Shown: positions 9,728-19,001, numbered from the stretch's first letter. The stretch: 64,000 bases of DNA from Candidatus Moraniibacteriota bacterium (GCA_046116545.1 CP175956.1:577734-641733); one strand, 5' to 3'. Numbers and translations are program-made. The notes: generated by a model from the sequence alone, not told the origin.

Positions 9728-9821
9728 CAAAAAGTTCGAACGTCATTACCTAGTCGGCTCATCGATAAACAGCCCCATTAAATGGGGCTTTTTGAGTATC
9801 CACTATGATAGGATCGAACTA
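9728..9821. repeat. Array-A repeat copy 4
   Basis: Near-identical to copy 1. Confidence 0.95.
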
Positions 9822-9877
9822 TTGTGATAGTATTATGACTGAATGATATATAAATAAATTATAAAAATATAGTATAT

Positions 9878-10660
9878 ATGAACAATTATTTAGAATTTGC
9901 AAAAAGTGTTGCGGAAGGTGCATCTGAAATAGCATTGAAATATTTTGGTTTTGATGTTGCAAATACTTGGAAAAGTGATAATACACCGTTAACAAAAGCT
10001 GATACAGAAATTAACTCGTATGTAATCAAAAGAATATCAGAAAAATATCCTGAACATAGCGTGGTAGGTGAAGAGGAGAGTAAACTAGTAAACGATTCAA
10101 AATATATATGGGTGTGTGATCCGATAGATGGAACAATCCCATATTCTTGTGGACTGCCTATGTGGACTTTTTCACTTGCTTTGGTTGATGTTAAAACAGG
10201 TCAGCCAATTGTTGGTATTGTGAATGATGTTATGATGAAAAATATGTATTGGGCACATAAGAATGGAGGAGCTTTTCGGAATGGTGAAAAAATTCAAGTT
10301 TCAAATAAAGACAGTCTCAAAAAGACTTATTTAAATGTTGATGGAACAGGTAAAGATATGAATTTTTCTGGTATAAATACAATAAATTCTCTACAAAACA
10401 ATGGAGCAAAAGTTATGAAATTGTTATCAATTATATATGGTGGTGTGCAGGTATCTAACGGTAAATTTGTAGGTACTGTATTTTTTCATCCATATGCTCA
10501 TGATGTTGCTGCATTAAAAATTATAATTGAAGAAGCTGGAGGTAAGGTTACAGATTTAAATGGTGATGAACGCAGATATGATAAAGATGGGATTGGATGT
10601 GTAATTTCAAATGGAACTTTGCATAATGAAATACTATCGTGTGTAAGTAAGTTGAATTAA
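9878..10660 (+). CDS. Inositol monophosphatase family protein
   Basis: TKAD, GEE, WVCDPIDGT, DVAA..IIEEAGG motifs. Confidence 0.92.
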   Translation: MNNYLEFAKSVAEGASEIALKYFGFDVANTWKSDNTPLTKADTEINSYVIKRISEKYPEHSVVGEEESKLVNDSKYIWVCDPIDGTIPYSCGLPMWTFSLALVDVKTGQPIVGIVNDVMMKNMYWAHKNGGAFRNGEKIQVSNKDSLKKTYLNVDGTGKDMNFSGINTINSLQNNGAKVMKLLSIIYGGVQVSNGKFVGTVFFHPYAHDVAALKIIIEEAGGKVTDLNGDERRYDKDGIGCVISNGTLHNEILSCVSKLN

Positions 10661-10779
10661 ATTTTTGATTGACTTTTTATATGTTTTATATTAGAGTATA
10701 GTGTCCATTAGAGGACAGCAACTAACTAGCGGAATGCTAGTTCTTTAACAAAACTGGCGGAATGCCAAAGGAGAAAGTC

Positions 10780-11949
10780 ATGGAACACAAAACTGAAACT
10801 CAGATTGCTAAATTAATTATGGATTTTCCAATTGTAGGTCTAATTCGATTTGCACAACGATCTGGGAATGGTAAATTGCCAAAAACAGATGTTCATATTC
10901 AGCGAGCTGATCCAGGAACTATGCACTTACAAGCAAGTAATTGCAGATATAAAGATCGTTCATATATTGGCGGAAAAAATAATCTACGGGGTACCAGGAC
11001 TGAATATATGATTGCTATTGATTGTGATGGCAAGCCAATGGAATATTTGGAATGGGATAGGGGTGATTTTGAAAAAATGTCAAAGGACATATTTGAAATA
11101 GCATCTCCAGAAAAAGTAGATTATTTGGTGTGGGCAAGTGCTATAAATTGGTATACGCCTTCATCTGAAGAGCGAGAAGAAAAAACAGGTGGAAACCTGT
11201 TTGATCAGTTTGTTGATGCGGAAGTTGATATTATTATTTTTCAACAACCCAAAAATCAGACTTTTGCCGAACTGATAAAGATAGCTGATGAACAGAAAGA
11301 GAGGCGTGAAAATGCATATAAATTTCTTCCTGATGTAATGCCTGAATTTACAGGCATTTACAAAGGACTTAAAGATGGTGGTGAAATCCATGCATTTTGT
11401 TCTGGAGGTGGCTTAAGAGTTGTATATATGCGTCGCGATGGTAGTGATGATAATATGGCATACGGTGAACATCCACACATTGAAGATGCTTTAAATCATC
11501 TTGAAGAAGACTTTTTGGCTGGTAGCAGAAAGTATAAAGATGTGTACGGAGGTTTGTACCCACACTATCTTACTGGTGAATCTATTGCTACTAGTAATTT
11601 GGATTCTTGGATTTTACAGGGACGTACCTTTGATTGTTTTCAAGTGAGAGATGAAATTCATTTTGTATTAAATGGTTGTGGAGAATCTAAAATGCCAAAG
11701 GACGTGTATAATAAGGTAATAGGAACATTTGAACCCGTGCAATGGAAGCATCGAGGTTTTATATTTTTATCAAAACCTTCAAGTATTGGTACCTGCATGG
11801 GTGTCAGTGTTAACGTGATTGCATCGCCAATAAATGGTAAAGGCCTTAATCCACATCGGTATAATTTTGTAAAGTTGGGAAAAAGTAAAACCTTTTGGGA
11901 AGCTGTAAAAAAAGCGTTTGAAGCACCAGAGACTGAAGTTCAACCATAA
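10780..11949 (+). CDS. Hypothetical protein
   Basis: Long ORF, AAGGAG RBS before ATG 10780, upstream TTGACT promoter-like box, terminator after. Confidence 0.75.
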   Translation: MEHKTETQIAKLIMDFPIVGLIRFAQRSGNGKLPKTDVHIQRADPGTMHLQASNCRYKDRSYIGGKNNLRGTRTEYMIAIDCDGKPMEYLEWDRGDFEKMSKDIFEIASPEKVDYLVWASAINWYTPSSEEREEKTGGNLFDQFVDAEVDIIIFQQPKNQTFAELIKIADEQKERRENAYKFLPDVMPEFTGIYKGLKDGGEIHAFCSGGGLRVVYMRRDGSDDNMAYGEHPHIEDALNHLEEDFLAGSRKYKDVYGGLYPHYLTGESIATSNLDSWILQGRTFDCFQVRDEIHFVLNGCGESKMPKDVYNKVIGTFEPVQWKHRGFIFLSKPSSIGTCMGVSVNVIASPINGKGLNPHRYNFVKLGKSKTFWEAVKKAFEAPETEVQP

Positions 11950-11962
11950 ATTAAACTATGTT

Positions 11963-12003
11963 AATACCACCATTCGATTTAATATCGAGTGGTGGTATTT
12001 TTT
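11963..12003 (+). terminator. Intrinsic terminator
   Basis: AATACCACCATTCGAT/ATCGAGTGGTGGTATT stem plus T tract. Confidence 0.8.
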
Positions 12004-12041
12004 ATTGTAAAACAAAGACTTTTAGTGAAGAATTAACATCA

Positions 12042-12086
12042 CAAAAAGTTCGAACGGTAGTACCTACTATAGATAGGATCGAACTA
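12042..12086. repeat. Array-A repeat copy 5, short form lacking the central hairpin
   Basis: CAAAAAGTTCGAACGGTAGTACCTACTATAGATAGGATCGAACTA: left and right arms directly fused. Confidence 0.88.
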
Positions 12087-12178
12087 AGATAGACAAAAGA
12101 TGTAGTTTGATATAGAATAAATAGTCAGTTCATTAAATAATTATTTTATTACAAATTCAATTAAAGGGGTATCGAATT

Positions 12179-12406
12179 ATGATTTCAGTTGGTAATATTG
12201 AAAGATTTATTGATAATCATCCAGAACTTAATCTCGATAAAGATAAGATTATGAGACAGGCTGATGAATTAGCTCGTCAAGAGGTCTTGTCTGGCGGAGT
12301 AGTTGGAGATTTACTTGGCAATTTGGACGCATTATTTTTTCGTGAATTTCATTTTGACATAGAGCATCTTAAGGTTGCTGCAAAAGATGTAATAAATATG
12401 GAGTAG
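12179..12406 (+). CDS. Small hypothetical protein
   Basis: 75-aa ORF with AAGGGG RBS. Confidence 0.6.
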   Translation: MISVGNIERFIDNHPELNLDKDKIMRQADELARQEVLSGGVVGDLLGNLDALFFREFHFDIEHLKVAAKDVINME

Positions 12407-12426
12407 TTATATCTAATAAATTTGAA

Positions 12427-13227
12427 GTGAGGGAGATGAAAATGAGAGAATCACAACGATATTCTAAAAAGCTTATTATTATAATTACGGTTGTTATTAT
12501 TTGTGGAATTGTAAGCACTCTGTGGATGATGTTTGGCAAGGATAGTATATCTTTTTCTGAGCATGATGCACGTGAGCAAATTGCAAAACATATTCCAACA
12601 ACCAAGATTGATACAATTGTTGGTATGGAATATTCAATTACCATTGATCAGGTAAGTGTTGATTTTGTTGAGGGTGATCGAATTGGTATTGAAGCAAGTG
12701 GCATTGTTGATAGTAGTAAGGGGGGTGTTAATTTTTCTGTTGTAACTGTAGGTGTTCCAGATCTTAGAAATAATGCTTTTTATTTTAGACCTAACTCCTT
12801 TGAGTTTACTGAATTTGTGTTTTCAAAAAAGGCTCAAAAAAGCAGTCGTGTTCTAGGTATTGTGGCAGCTAATACTATTAAAAAGTATACTGGTGATCTT
12901 TTTAAGGGAACTGATATTAAGATTGATAAAAAGGCAATAACGGAAAAGATTCAGGCTAAGATTAAAATAATGACTCATAGTGCTATTGTGGGATATCTAA
13001 ATAAAAATCCAATCAAAAAACTTGAAACTGGCAAAGAGAAAATTATAGGTGCAGCTATCAAAAAGATTAGCGTAGATGGCGATAATATCACCATTCACTT
13101 TTCTTTTTGGAATTTAGCAAAATATGTTTTAGTGTTTATATTGGCTTTTATTGCAGCTATTGGACTTTTAGTTTCTGCTCCATGGTGGGCAGCTGACCTT
13201 GCATTTCTTGCGGCTATTTTAAGTTAA
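12427..13227 (+). CDS. Hypothetical membrane protein (N- and C-terminal TM helices)
   Basis: 266-aa ORF with two hydrophobic segments; exact start uncertain. Confidence 0.7.
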   Translation: MREMKMRESQRYSKKLIIIITVVIICGIVSTLWMMFGKDSISFSEHDAREQIAKHIPTTKIDTIVGMEYSITIDQVSVDFVEGDRIGIEASGIVDSSKGGVNFSVVTVGVPDLRNNAFYFRPNSFEFTEFVFSKKAQKSSRVLGIVAANTIKKYTGDLFKGTDIKIDKKAITEKIQAKIKIMTHSAIVGYLNKNPIKKLETGKEKIIGAAIKKISVDGDNITIHFSFWNLAKYVLVFILAFIAAIGLLVSAPWWAADLAFLAAILS

Positions 13228-13246
13228 TCTCCTGAATATTACTGAC

Positions 13247-13281
13247 TAAACAGGACTTGAATAAATTCAAGTCCTGTTTTA
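13247..13281 (+). terminator. Hairpin terminator
   Basis: AAACAGGACTTGAAT/ATTCAAGTCCTGTTT inverted repeat. Confidence 0.75.
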
Positions 13282-13328
13282 CTTTTTATAACTAATAATA
13301 AATACTTTTAAATAGTTATTTTCATTAT

Positions 13329-13358
13329 AAAAAGTTTGAACGTTATTACCTACTCGGC
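13329..13358. repeat. Array-A repeat copy 6 (left half only; array boundary)
   Basis: AAAAAGTTTGAACGTTATTACCTACTCGGC. Confidence 0.85.
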
Positions 13359-13416
13359 GCTAGATATTATAAAAAAGATGATTATGTTATGATATTGGTA
13401 TATTAATTTAAATTAT

Positions 13417-14094
13417 ATGTATTTTTCAATTTTATTTTTGCAGAAAATATACAGGTTAGGATTTTTATTAGTGAGCATTCTTTTTATTGTAGATTTGATA
13501 ACCTTTTTTTATTATCCGTAAACTATTTTTGGAGATATTTTTTTAGCTACTCGTGAACAGACGCCACTTACATGGGTAAGCGCTCTAACTTTGTTTGCTG
13601 TTGCTATTGCGTGTTTTTGTATTTACTTTGAGACAAAAAAGAATATTTGGTTTTTTATATCAGCAGTATTTCTATTTTTCAGTATGGATGATGCTATTTA
13701 TTTTCATGAGCGATTTAGTGGATATTTGGTCAATAATGTAGATTTTTTTATTATTTTTCCTACATATATTTGGGCATTTATTTATTCACCTATACTTATT
13801 TTTGCTATAGGAATGTTAGTGTATTTACTTTGGCAAGAGGTTTCAAATAAAGATAAAAAAATAATAAGTATAATATTAATAATGCTGATAATGGCGATTT
13901 GCTTAGATCTTATTGATGGGGTGATTCAAAAAGATGAAACAATAGTATTGTGTATTAATGAATTTTGTAATAAATCTGCGATACATCTAATGAGATTGGT
14001 AGAAGAAGTTCTGGAAGTTTTAGCTATTGGACTATTGGGATATATTATTTTAAAAAATAATTGTGTGAAATACTATTTAGAAACTTCTAAATAG
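13417..14094 (+). pseudogene. Integral membrane protein interrupted by an in-frame TAA at 13519-13521
   Basis: ATG 13417 is in frame with the 13591 ORF; hydrophobic reading continues on both sides of a single stop (YYP*TIFG...REQTPLTWVS...SMDDAIYFHE). Confidence 0.65.
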
Positions 14095-14140
14095 TATCTA
14101 ATGTGGTACAATTATATTGTAATAAGTAAGACTTTCGATT

Positions 14141-14776
14141 ATGTTTAAAATAGAGTCAAAAATAGAAAAGTTTTTATTAGCGTCTATGAGTGTCTTATTA
14201 TTTATATTTGTTTTTAGTGTATTTAGTAAGAATCCAGTCACAACAACTATAGTAAATGCAAAAAGTGAAGAAGGGACTTCTGAAGAATCAAGTAATAAAG
14301 AAAAATCAGAAAATAGTGAAGAATCTGAAAATGATGAAAAGTCGGAATATAGTGAGAATTCAGAGACTTCAAGTTATGGTGAAAAATCTGAAGGTGATTT
14401 ATCTGAAGAATCATATGACAATTCGTCTACAGTAACTACTACTGGGACACCTTCAAAGTCTGTAACTTCTGTGGGTGGTAATGAAGATAAAAGTGAGGCT
14501 ATGATGAAAACTGAAATGAAAACTGAAACTTCAGAGGAAAAAATGCAAACAAAAAATGAATCTAAAGAACAAGTTAGAAATACTGTACAAACCATAGAGG
14601 GTTTTGATACGGTTGTGTTGATTGATGGCAATAAAGCAATTGTAAAAAATTATGAAAAGTTATTTGGAATCTTCAAAATTTCTATTGAATCTAATGTTGA
14701 GCTTGATGATAATGGAAATGTAAAAAACACAAGACAAAATATTTGGAATAAATTTCTTTCAATAATTAGTGTTTAA
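14141..14776 (+). CDS. Secreted/anchored Glu/Ser-rich hypothetical protein
   Basis: N-terminal hydrophobic helix, low-complexity acidic linker. Confidence 0.75.
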   Translation: MFKIESKIEKFLLASMSVLLFIFVFSVFSKNPVTTTIVNAKSEEGTSEESSNKEKSENSEESENDEKSEYSENSETSSYGEKSEGDLSEESYDNSSTVTTTGTPSKSVTSVGGNEDKSEAMMKTEMKTETSEEKMQTKNESKEQVRNTVQTIEGFDTVVLIDGNKAIVKNYEKLFGIFKISIESNVELDDNGNVKNTRQNIWNKFLSIISV

Positions 14777-14933
14777 GATGCAATACATTTATATGGGTTA
14801 AAAAAGTCTCCAGTCTTTTGGGGGACTTTTTTTATAGGCTAAATAATATACTAATTAAATTAACAGTAGTTCCATATTCTCCTTGTGGTAGAATGTAGGT
14901 ATCATTGAATAAGTATATTTAAACAATAAATTT

Positions 14934-15644
14934 ATGAAACTTGATTTAGAAGCAATAAATTTTCATTCAATTCCAACAAAAGAAAAAGAAGTTTTATCTA
15001 TGAATGAAAAAAGAGTGGAATTATTGAAAAGTGCAGAACATTTAGCTGAGGGGCTTTATGGAGATATTCCTTATCATAATTTTCAACATGCAATTGATGC
15101 AGTTGAGTCGGGATATGAGCTTATTGCCAAGTGTCAGGCTAGTGGAATTGAAGTTGATAGTGATTTAGTTAGGTATTCGTTGTTATTTCATGATGCTGGA
15201 TATCATGAGGATCATGGGAAAGAAGGCTTTGATAGTAAAGAGGAATATTCTGCTCATCTTGCAGAGCAATCTTTGAGAAGTTTGGATATTGCTGAGGAGA
15301 CTATAGAAAATGTGAAAAAATGCATAATTAGTACACATAAAGATAAGGAGTTTAATAGATTGGAAGAAAAGATTGTTCGGGCAGCTGATCTGGTTGGACT
15401 TGCGGGTGATTATGAACAGTTTAGGAAGAATGCAGTAAAGCTTAGAGAAGAGGCAGAAATTATTTCTGGAAATAAAATATCTTGGGAGGATTGGAAGAAA
15501 AGCGTAGAGGTAATCATTGGATTTTATCTAAAACAAGATATTAAATTAACTGAATGTTATATGGATAAAGATGGTAAGTCTATATTTCATAATGAGGCTA
15601 AGAAAAATTTAGAAATATTTATGCAAGAAAATATTGCAATTTGA
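14934..15644 (+). CDS. HD-domain phosphohydrolase
   Basis: YHNFQH, LFHDAG, ISTH, RAADL motifs. Confidence 0.85.
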   Translation: MKLDLEAINFHSIPTKEKEVLSMNEKRVELLKSAEHLAEGLYGDIPYHNFQHAIDAVESGYELIAKCQASGIEVDSDLVRYSLLFHDAGYHEDHGKEGFDSKEEYSAHLAEQSLRSLDIAEETIENVKKCIISTHKDKEFNRLEEKIVRAADLVGLAGDYEQFRKNAVKLREEAEIISGNKISWEDWKKSVEVIIGFYLKQDIKLTECYMDKDGKSIFHNEAKKNLEIFMQENIAI

Positions 15645-15745
15645 TTGATTTTTGTTGTAAATTATGTATAATTACTACATTAAAAAAGTAGTTCATTATA
15701 AAACTGGTCTTTGGGAGAGATTAGAAAATTAGAAAGGGGAGCATA

Positions 15746-16249
15746 ATGCAAAAAATTATTACATGGCCAAATTGTATAACTGTAAGCAGAGGCTTTATTG
15801 GTATTTTGGGAATAATGATTGCTACACAGTCGGGTATGTTTATGATAGGTGCAGCAATTTTTTTCTTATTTGGAATGTTACCTGATTTATTAGATGGTTG
15901 GGTTGCTAGAAAATATAATCAGCGGTCTAGATTGGGTGAAATATTAGATCCTCTTACTGATAAAATATTGTTTTATGTGGCGATGGGCGTTGTTTTTGTA
16001 GACATTGTATGGATGCCAGCTTTAGTCATTTTATTTTTTTGTGATGTAGTATCAACCTATTTGCATTTTACAAAATCTGGAGGAGCTGTTTCATCAGGTA
16101 AAAGAAAATTTGTATTACAATGTGTTGCACTTGGATTGTTTACAGCTTCTATCATTATAAATGATGTATTGATTTCTTTTGGAAATATCGCATTAATGTT
16201 AGCTACTATTTTTGCTATTCAGTCACTTAAACAAAGATTTATAAATTAA
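15746..16249 (+). CDS. CDP-alcohol phosphatidyltransferase (PgsA-like)
   Basis: PNxIT..R, DLLDGWVAR...S..G..LDPLTDK signature. Confidence 0.9.
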   Translation: MQKIITWPNCITVSRGFIGILGIMIATQSGMFMIGAAIFFLFGMLPDLLDGWVARKYNQRSRLGEILDPLTDKILFYVAMGVVFVDIVWMPALVILFFCDVVSTYLHFTKSGGAVSSGKRKFVLQCVALGLFTASIIINDVLISFGNIALMLATIFAIQSLKQRFIN

Positions 16250-16368
16250 ATAATAAACATTCATAAGAATATTTATATATTTGAGAGGTGATTTTAATTA
16301 ATTACCTCTCTTTTTTTATTAGTTACTATGTACTATAATTAAAATAATATAATTTATATCAGAACTGT

Positions 16369-17238
16369 ATGAAAATTATCACATGGAATGTTAATGGAAT
16401 CAGAGCTGTTGAGAGAAAGGGTGCTCTACAGGATTTAATCGAAAAACAAGAGCCAGACATTTTATTTTTACAAGAAATTAAAGGCAAAAAGGAACAATTT
16501 AGTAAATATTTAACTGATAGTACTAAGTATAGACAGTTTTACCATAGCGCTGAGAAGCCTGGATATGCAGGTACTGGAATTTGGATTAAATATGAATTAC
16601 TTCGAGATGCGCGACGTATTAAATTTAATATGCATGTACCACAGCCTACAGATTCTTATGTTGAAAATGACGAATTGTTTAAAGGCGTGGAGGAGAATAT
16701 TGGTATTTATATGACGGATTTACCAAATAGTGATGAGGGTCGTGTTTCACATCTTTCTTTTTTATATAAGGGAAAAATTTATGATCTAGCATCAATTTAT
16801 TTTCCTAATGGAGGTAAAAGTGAGCAGGCTTGGGAAGATAAGTTAATATTTTTTGATAAGGTGTTGGATTATATGAATGGACTAAGGAAGCTTGGTCATG
16901 AAGTTATAATTGGTGGGGATATGAATGTTGCTCACGAAGAAATTGATCTTGCAAGATCAAAAGAGAATGATGGTAAAATAGGATTTCATCCTCGAGAAAG
17001 AGCATGGATGGATAAAGTAATGGAAAGTAATTGGGTAGATGTTTGGAGATATAAAAATCCAAATATTCAAAGTGTATACTCATGGTGGGATATGAAGACG
17101 AGAGCACGTGATAGAAATGTTGGTTGGAGAATAGATTATTTTTTTATGGATCGAGAGTCAGTTGATAATGTGCAAGATGTAAAATATTTAGGGGATCATA
17201 TAGGCTCCGATCATTGTCCTCTTATGATGGAAATATAA
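16369..17238 (+). CDS. xth: Exodeoxyribonuclease III
   Basis: WNVNGIRA, LQEIK, YFPNG, GDMNVAH, GWRIDY, SDHCP. Confidence 0.95.
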   Translation: MKIITWNVNGIRAVERKGALQDLIEKQEPDILFLQEIKGKKEQFSKYLTDSTKYRQFYHSAEKPGYAGTGIWIKYELLRDARRIKFNMHVPQPTDSYVENDELFKGVEENIGIYMTDLPNSDEGRVSHLSFLYKGKIYDLASIYFPNGGKSEQAWEDKLIFFDKVLDYMNGLRKLGHEVIIGGDMNVAHEEIDLARSKENDGKIGFHPRERAWMDKVMESNWVDVWRYKNPNIQSVYSWWDMKTRARDRNVGWRIDYFFMDRESVDNVQDVKYLGDHIGSDHCPLMMEI

Positions 17239-17255
17239 AAGATTAAAATAAATAA

Positions 17256-18005
17256 ATGAAACATAGAATTATACCATCATTACATAGTTTAGTTATAATA
17301 ACATTGTGTCTTAGTATCGCAGGTGCTTTCATATATCTTAGTACTAGAGAGTTGAATAAAGATGTAGAATTAGCAAATCAAACTATAGATATAGAAAATA
17401 TGTATGGGAATTGGAATAAGCCTAAATATCAGACAAAACAAATTGATGTGTCTTTCAAATATGATACTAGGCAGGTGGATGATGTGCATATAGTTAATTA
17501 TGATTTAACAAACAAGGTTGGTGAAGATATGATAACTCAAAAAGAAATTGAAATATTGTTAAATTGCTATAAAAATGAAATTTGTGAAGATATTGATATA
17601 TCAGCAAGAACTGAATATTTGATAAATAATTATAAAAACTTTCTAATCAAGGATGATTTTGTGATAGTGTATGGTTTGTATCCAGATATGAGAGAAGAAT
17701 CTTTTGGTGAAATTGAAAATAATATATTTATAATAAATGAGCAGATGTTTGCAAATATTGTAAATTCAATTTATTCAAAAACAAATAAAAAATATGATGG
17801 TGTGAGGAGGGATTTCTTGATTAATAATGTGGATATTGAGTATAGTGATTATACGAATCAACATAGAATTGAAAAAAAAGATGATATGATACAACTTGCA
17901 GTAGAAGAAATTTTGGAGGAAGAAACTAGTTATGTAAGGGAAGATATTGATTTATTGAAGATAATAGCTGAGTCAGTATCTTTTTTAGATAAAGAAAATA
18001 ATTAA
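17256..18005 (+). CDS. Hypothetical protein with N-terminal TM anchor
   Basis: 249-aa ORF in operon context. Confidence 0.7.
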   Translation: MKHRIIPSLHSLVIITLCLSIAGAFIYLSTRELNKDVELANQTIDIENMYGNWNKPKYQTKQIDVSFKYDTRQVDDVHIVNYDLTNKVGEDMITQKEIEILLNCYKNEICEDIDISARTEYLINNYKNFLIKDDFVIVYGLYPDMREESFGEIENNIFIINEQMFANIVNSIYSKTNKKYDGVRRDFLINNVDIEYSDYTNQHRIEKKDDMIQLAVEEILEEETSYVREDIDLLKIIAESVSFLDKENN

Positions 18006-18016
18006 GTTTTATAAAT

Positions 18017-18625
18017 ATGGCAAAAGGTAGCAGAATTAGACATCATGTGAATCCACTTTCGGATTTAACAGAACATGAGTTTAGTGGATTTGAAAATAAT
18101 AATCCCATTATTATTGATATTGGAGCTGATAGGGGAGAATTCATAGAACAATTGTTAGAAAAATTTGAAAATAATAAAAATTTTATAGTAAGCGAAATAC
18201 GGAAACCTCTAGCAAGGAAATTAGAGAAAAAATTTGAAAAACATGGTAATGTTGTAGTTTTTGATGGTGATATGACAAGAAATTTTGAGAATATTGTAAG
18301 GACATCAATTAAAAAAAACGTGTTGATAGAAGAAATATATATAAATTTTCCAGATCCTTGGTTTAAAGAACGGCATAAAAAAAGGCGTGTTGTAAATATA
18401 AAATTTTTGGAAAGTATTAAAAAATGGACACAAAAAGAAACTAAATGGATTTTTCAAACAGACCAACAACAATTGTTCGACGAGACAGTAGAGCTATTAG
18501 AAAGTATTGACTGGATAGGTATAGAATTTTTTGATGAGTCTCCTTATGGAGCAACTACAAAGTGGGAAAATGCAAAAGTTGAGGATGGATTTAAAATTAA
18601 TAGATTGAAATTTCAGTTTGTATAG
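18017..18625 (+). CDS. trmB: tRNA (guanine-N7)-methyltransferase
   Basis: RHHVNP, DIGA, INFPDPWFKERHKKRR, QTD, TKWE. Confidence 0.92.
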   Translation: MAKGSRIRHHVNPLSDLTEHEFSGFENNNPIIIDIGADRGEFIEQLLEKFENNKNFIVSEIRKPLARKLEKKFEKHGNVVVFDGDMTRNFENIVRTSIKKNVLIEEIYINFPDPWFKERHKKRRVVNIKFLESIKKWTQKETKWIFQTDQQQLFDETVELLESIDWIGIEFFDESPYGATTKWENAKVEDGFKINRLKFQFV

Positions 18626-18626
18626 T

Positions 18627-19001
18627 ATGAAAAAAAGTATAATAATAGCCATTTTAATATCTATTGCATTCCTATTATTTTTTTGGTATCTGGTAGCAAG
18701 TTCTTTTTATGATAAATCTACTGCTATTCAAAAAGAATTCATAACAGACGGTTGTACATTATTTATTGAGTTCACTTGGAAAGAATGTTGTATGAAGCAT
18801 GATGAACAATATTGGTTAGGTGGTAATACGCAAAAAAGAAAAAATGTAGATACAGAATTTAAGAAATGTGTGTATGAAAAATCTAATCAAAAAGTAGTTT
18901 CTCAAGTAATGTATGGAGTCGTGCGAGTTATGGGAACTCCATTTGTAGTGACTCCTTGGAGATGGGGATATGGGTGGGAATTTGGACGCGGGTATAGGTA
19001 G
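18627..19001 (+). CDS. Secreted protein with phospholipase-A2-like CCxxHD motif
   Basis: TDGC...CCMKHDEQY..GG...R..VD..F..C pattern after a signal anchor. Confidence 0.6.
   Translation: MKKSIIIAILISIAFLLFFWYLVASSFYDKSTAIQKEFITDGCTLFIEFTWKECCMKHDEQYWLGGNTQKRKNVDTEFKKCVYEKSNQKVVSQVMYGVVRVMGTPFVVTPWRWGYGWEFGRGYR

Noticed and set aside
569-9821. Repeats as classical integron attC or Xer dif sites
   Set aside because: No RYYYAAC/GTTRRRY ends, no XerC/XerD 11-6-11 consensus, no intI; cargo genes carry their own promoters and occur in both orientations.
569-13358. Repeats as a CRISPR array
   Set aside because: Intervals are kilobases long and contain genes; no cas genes in the window.
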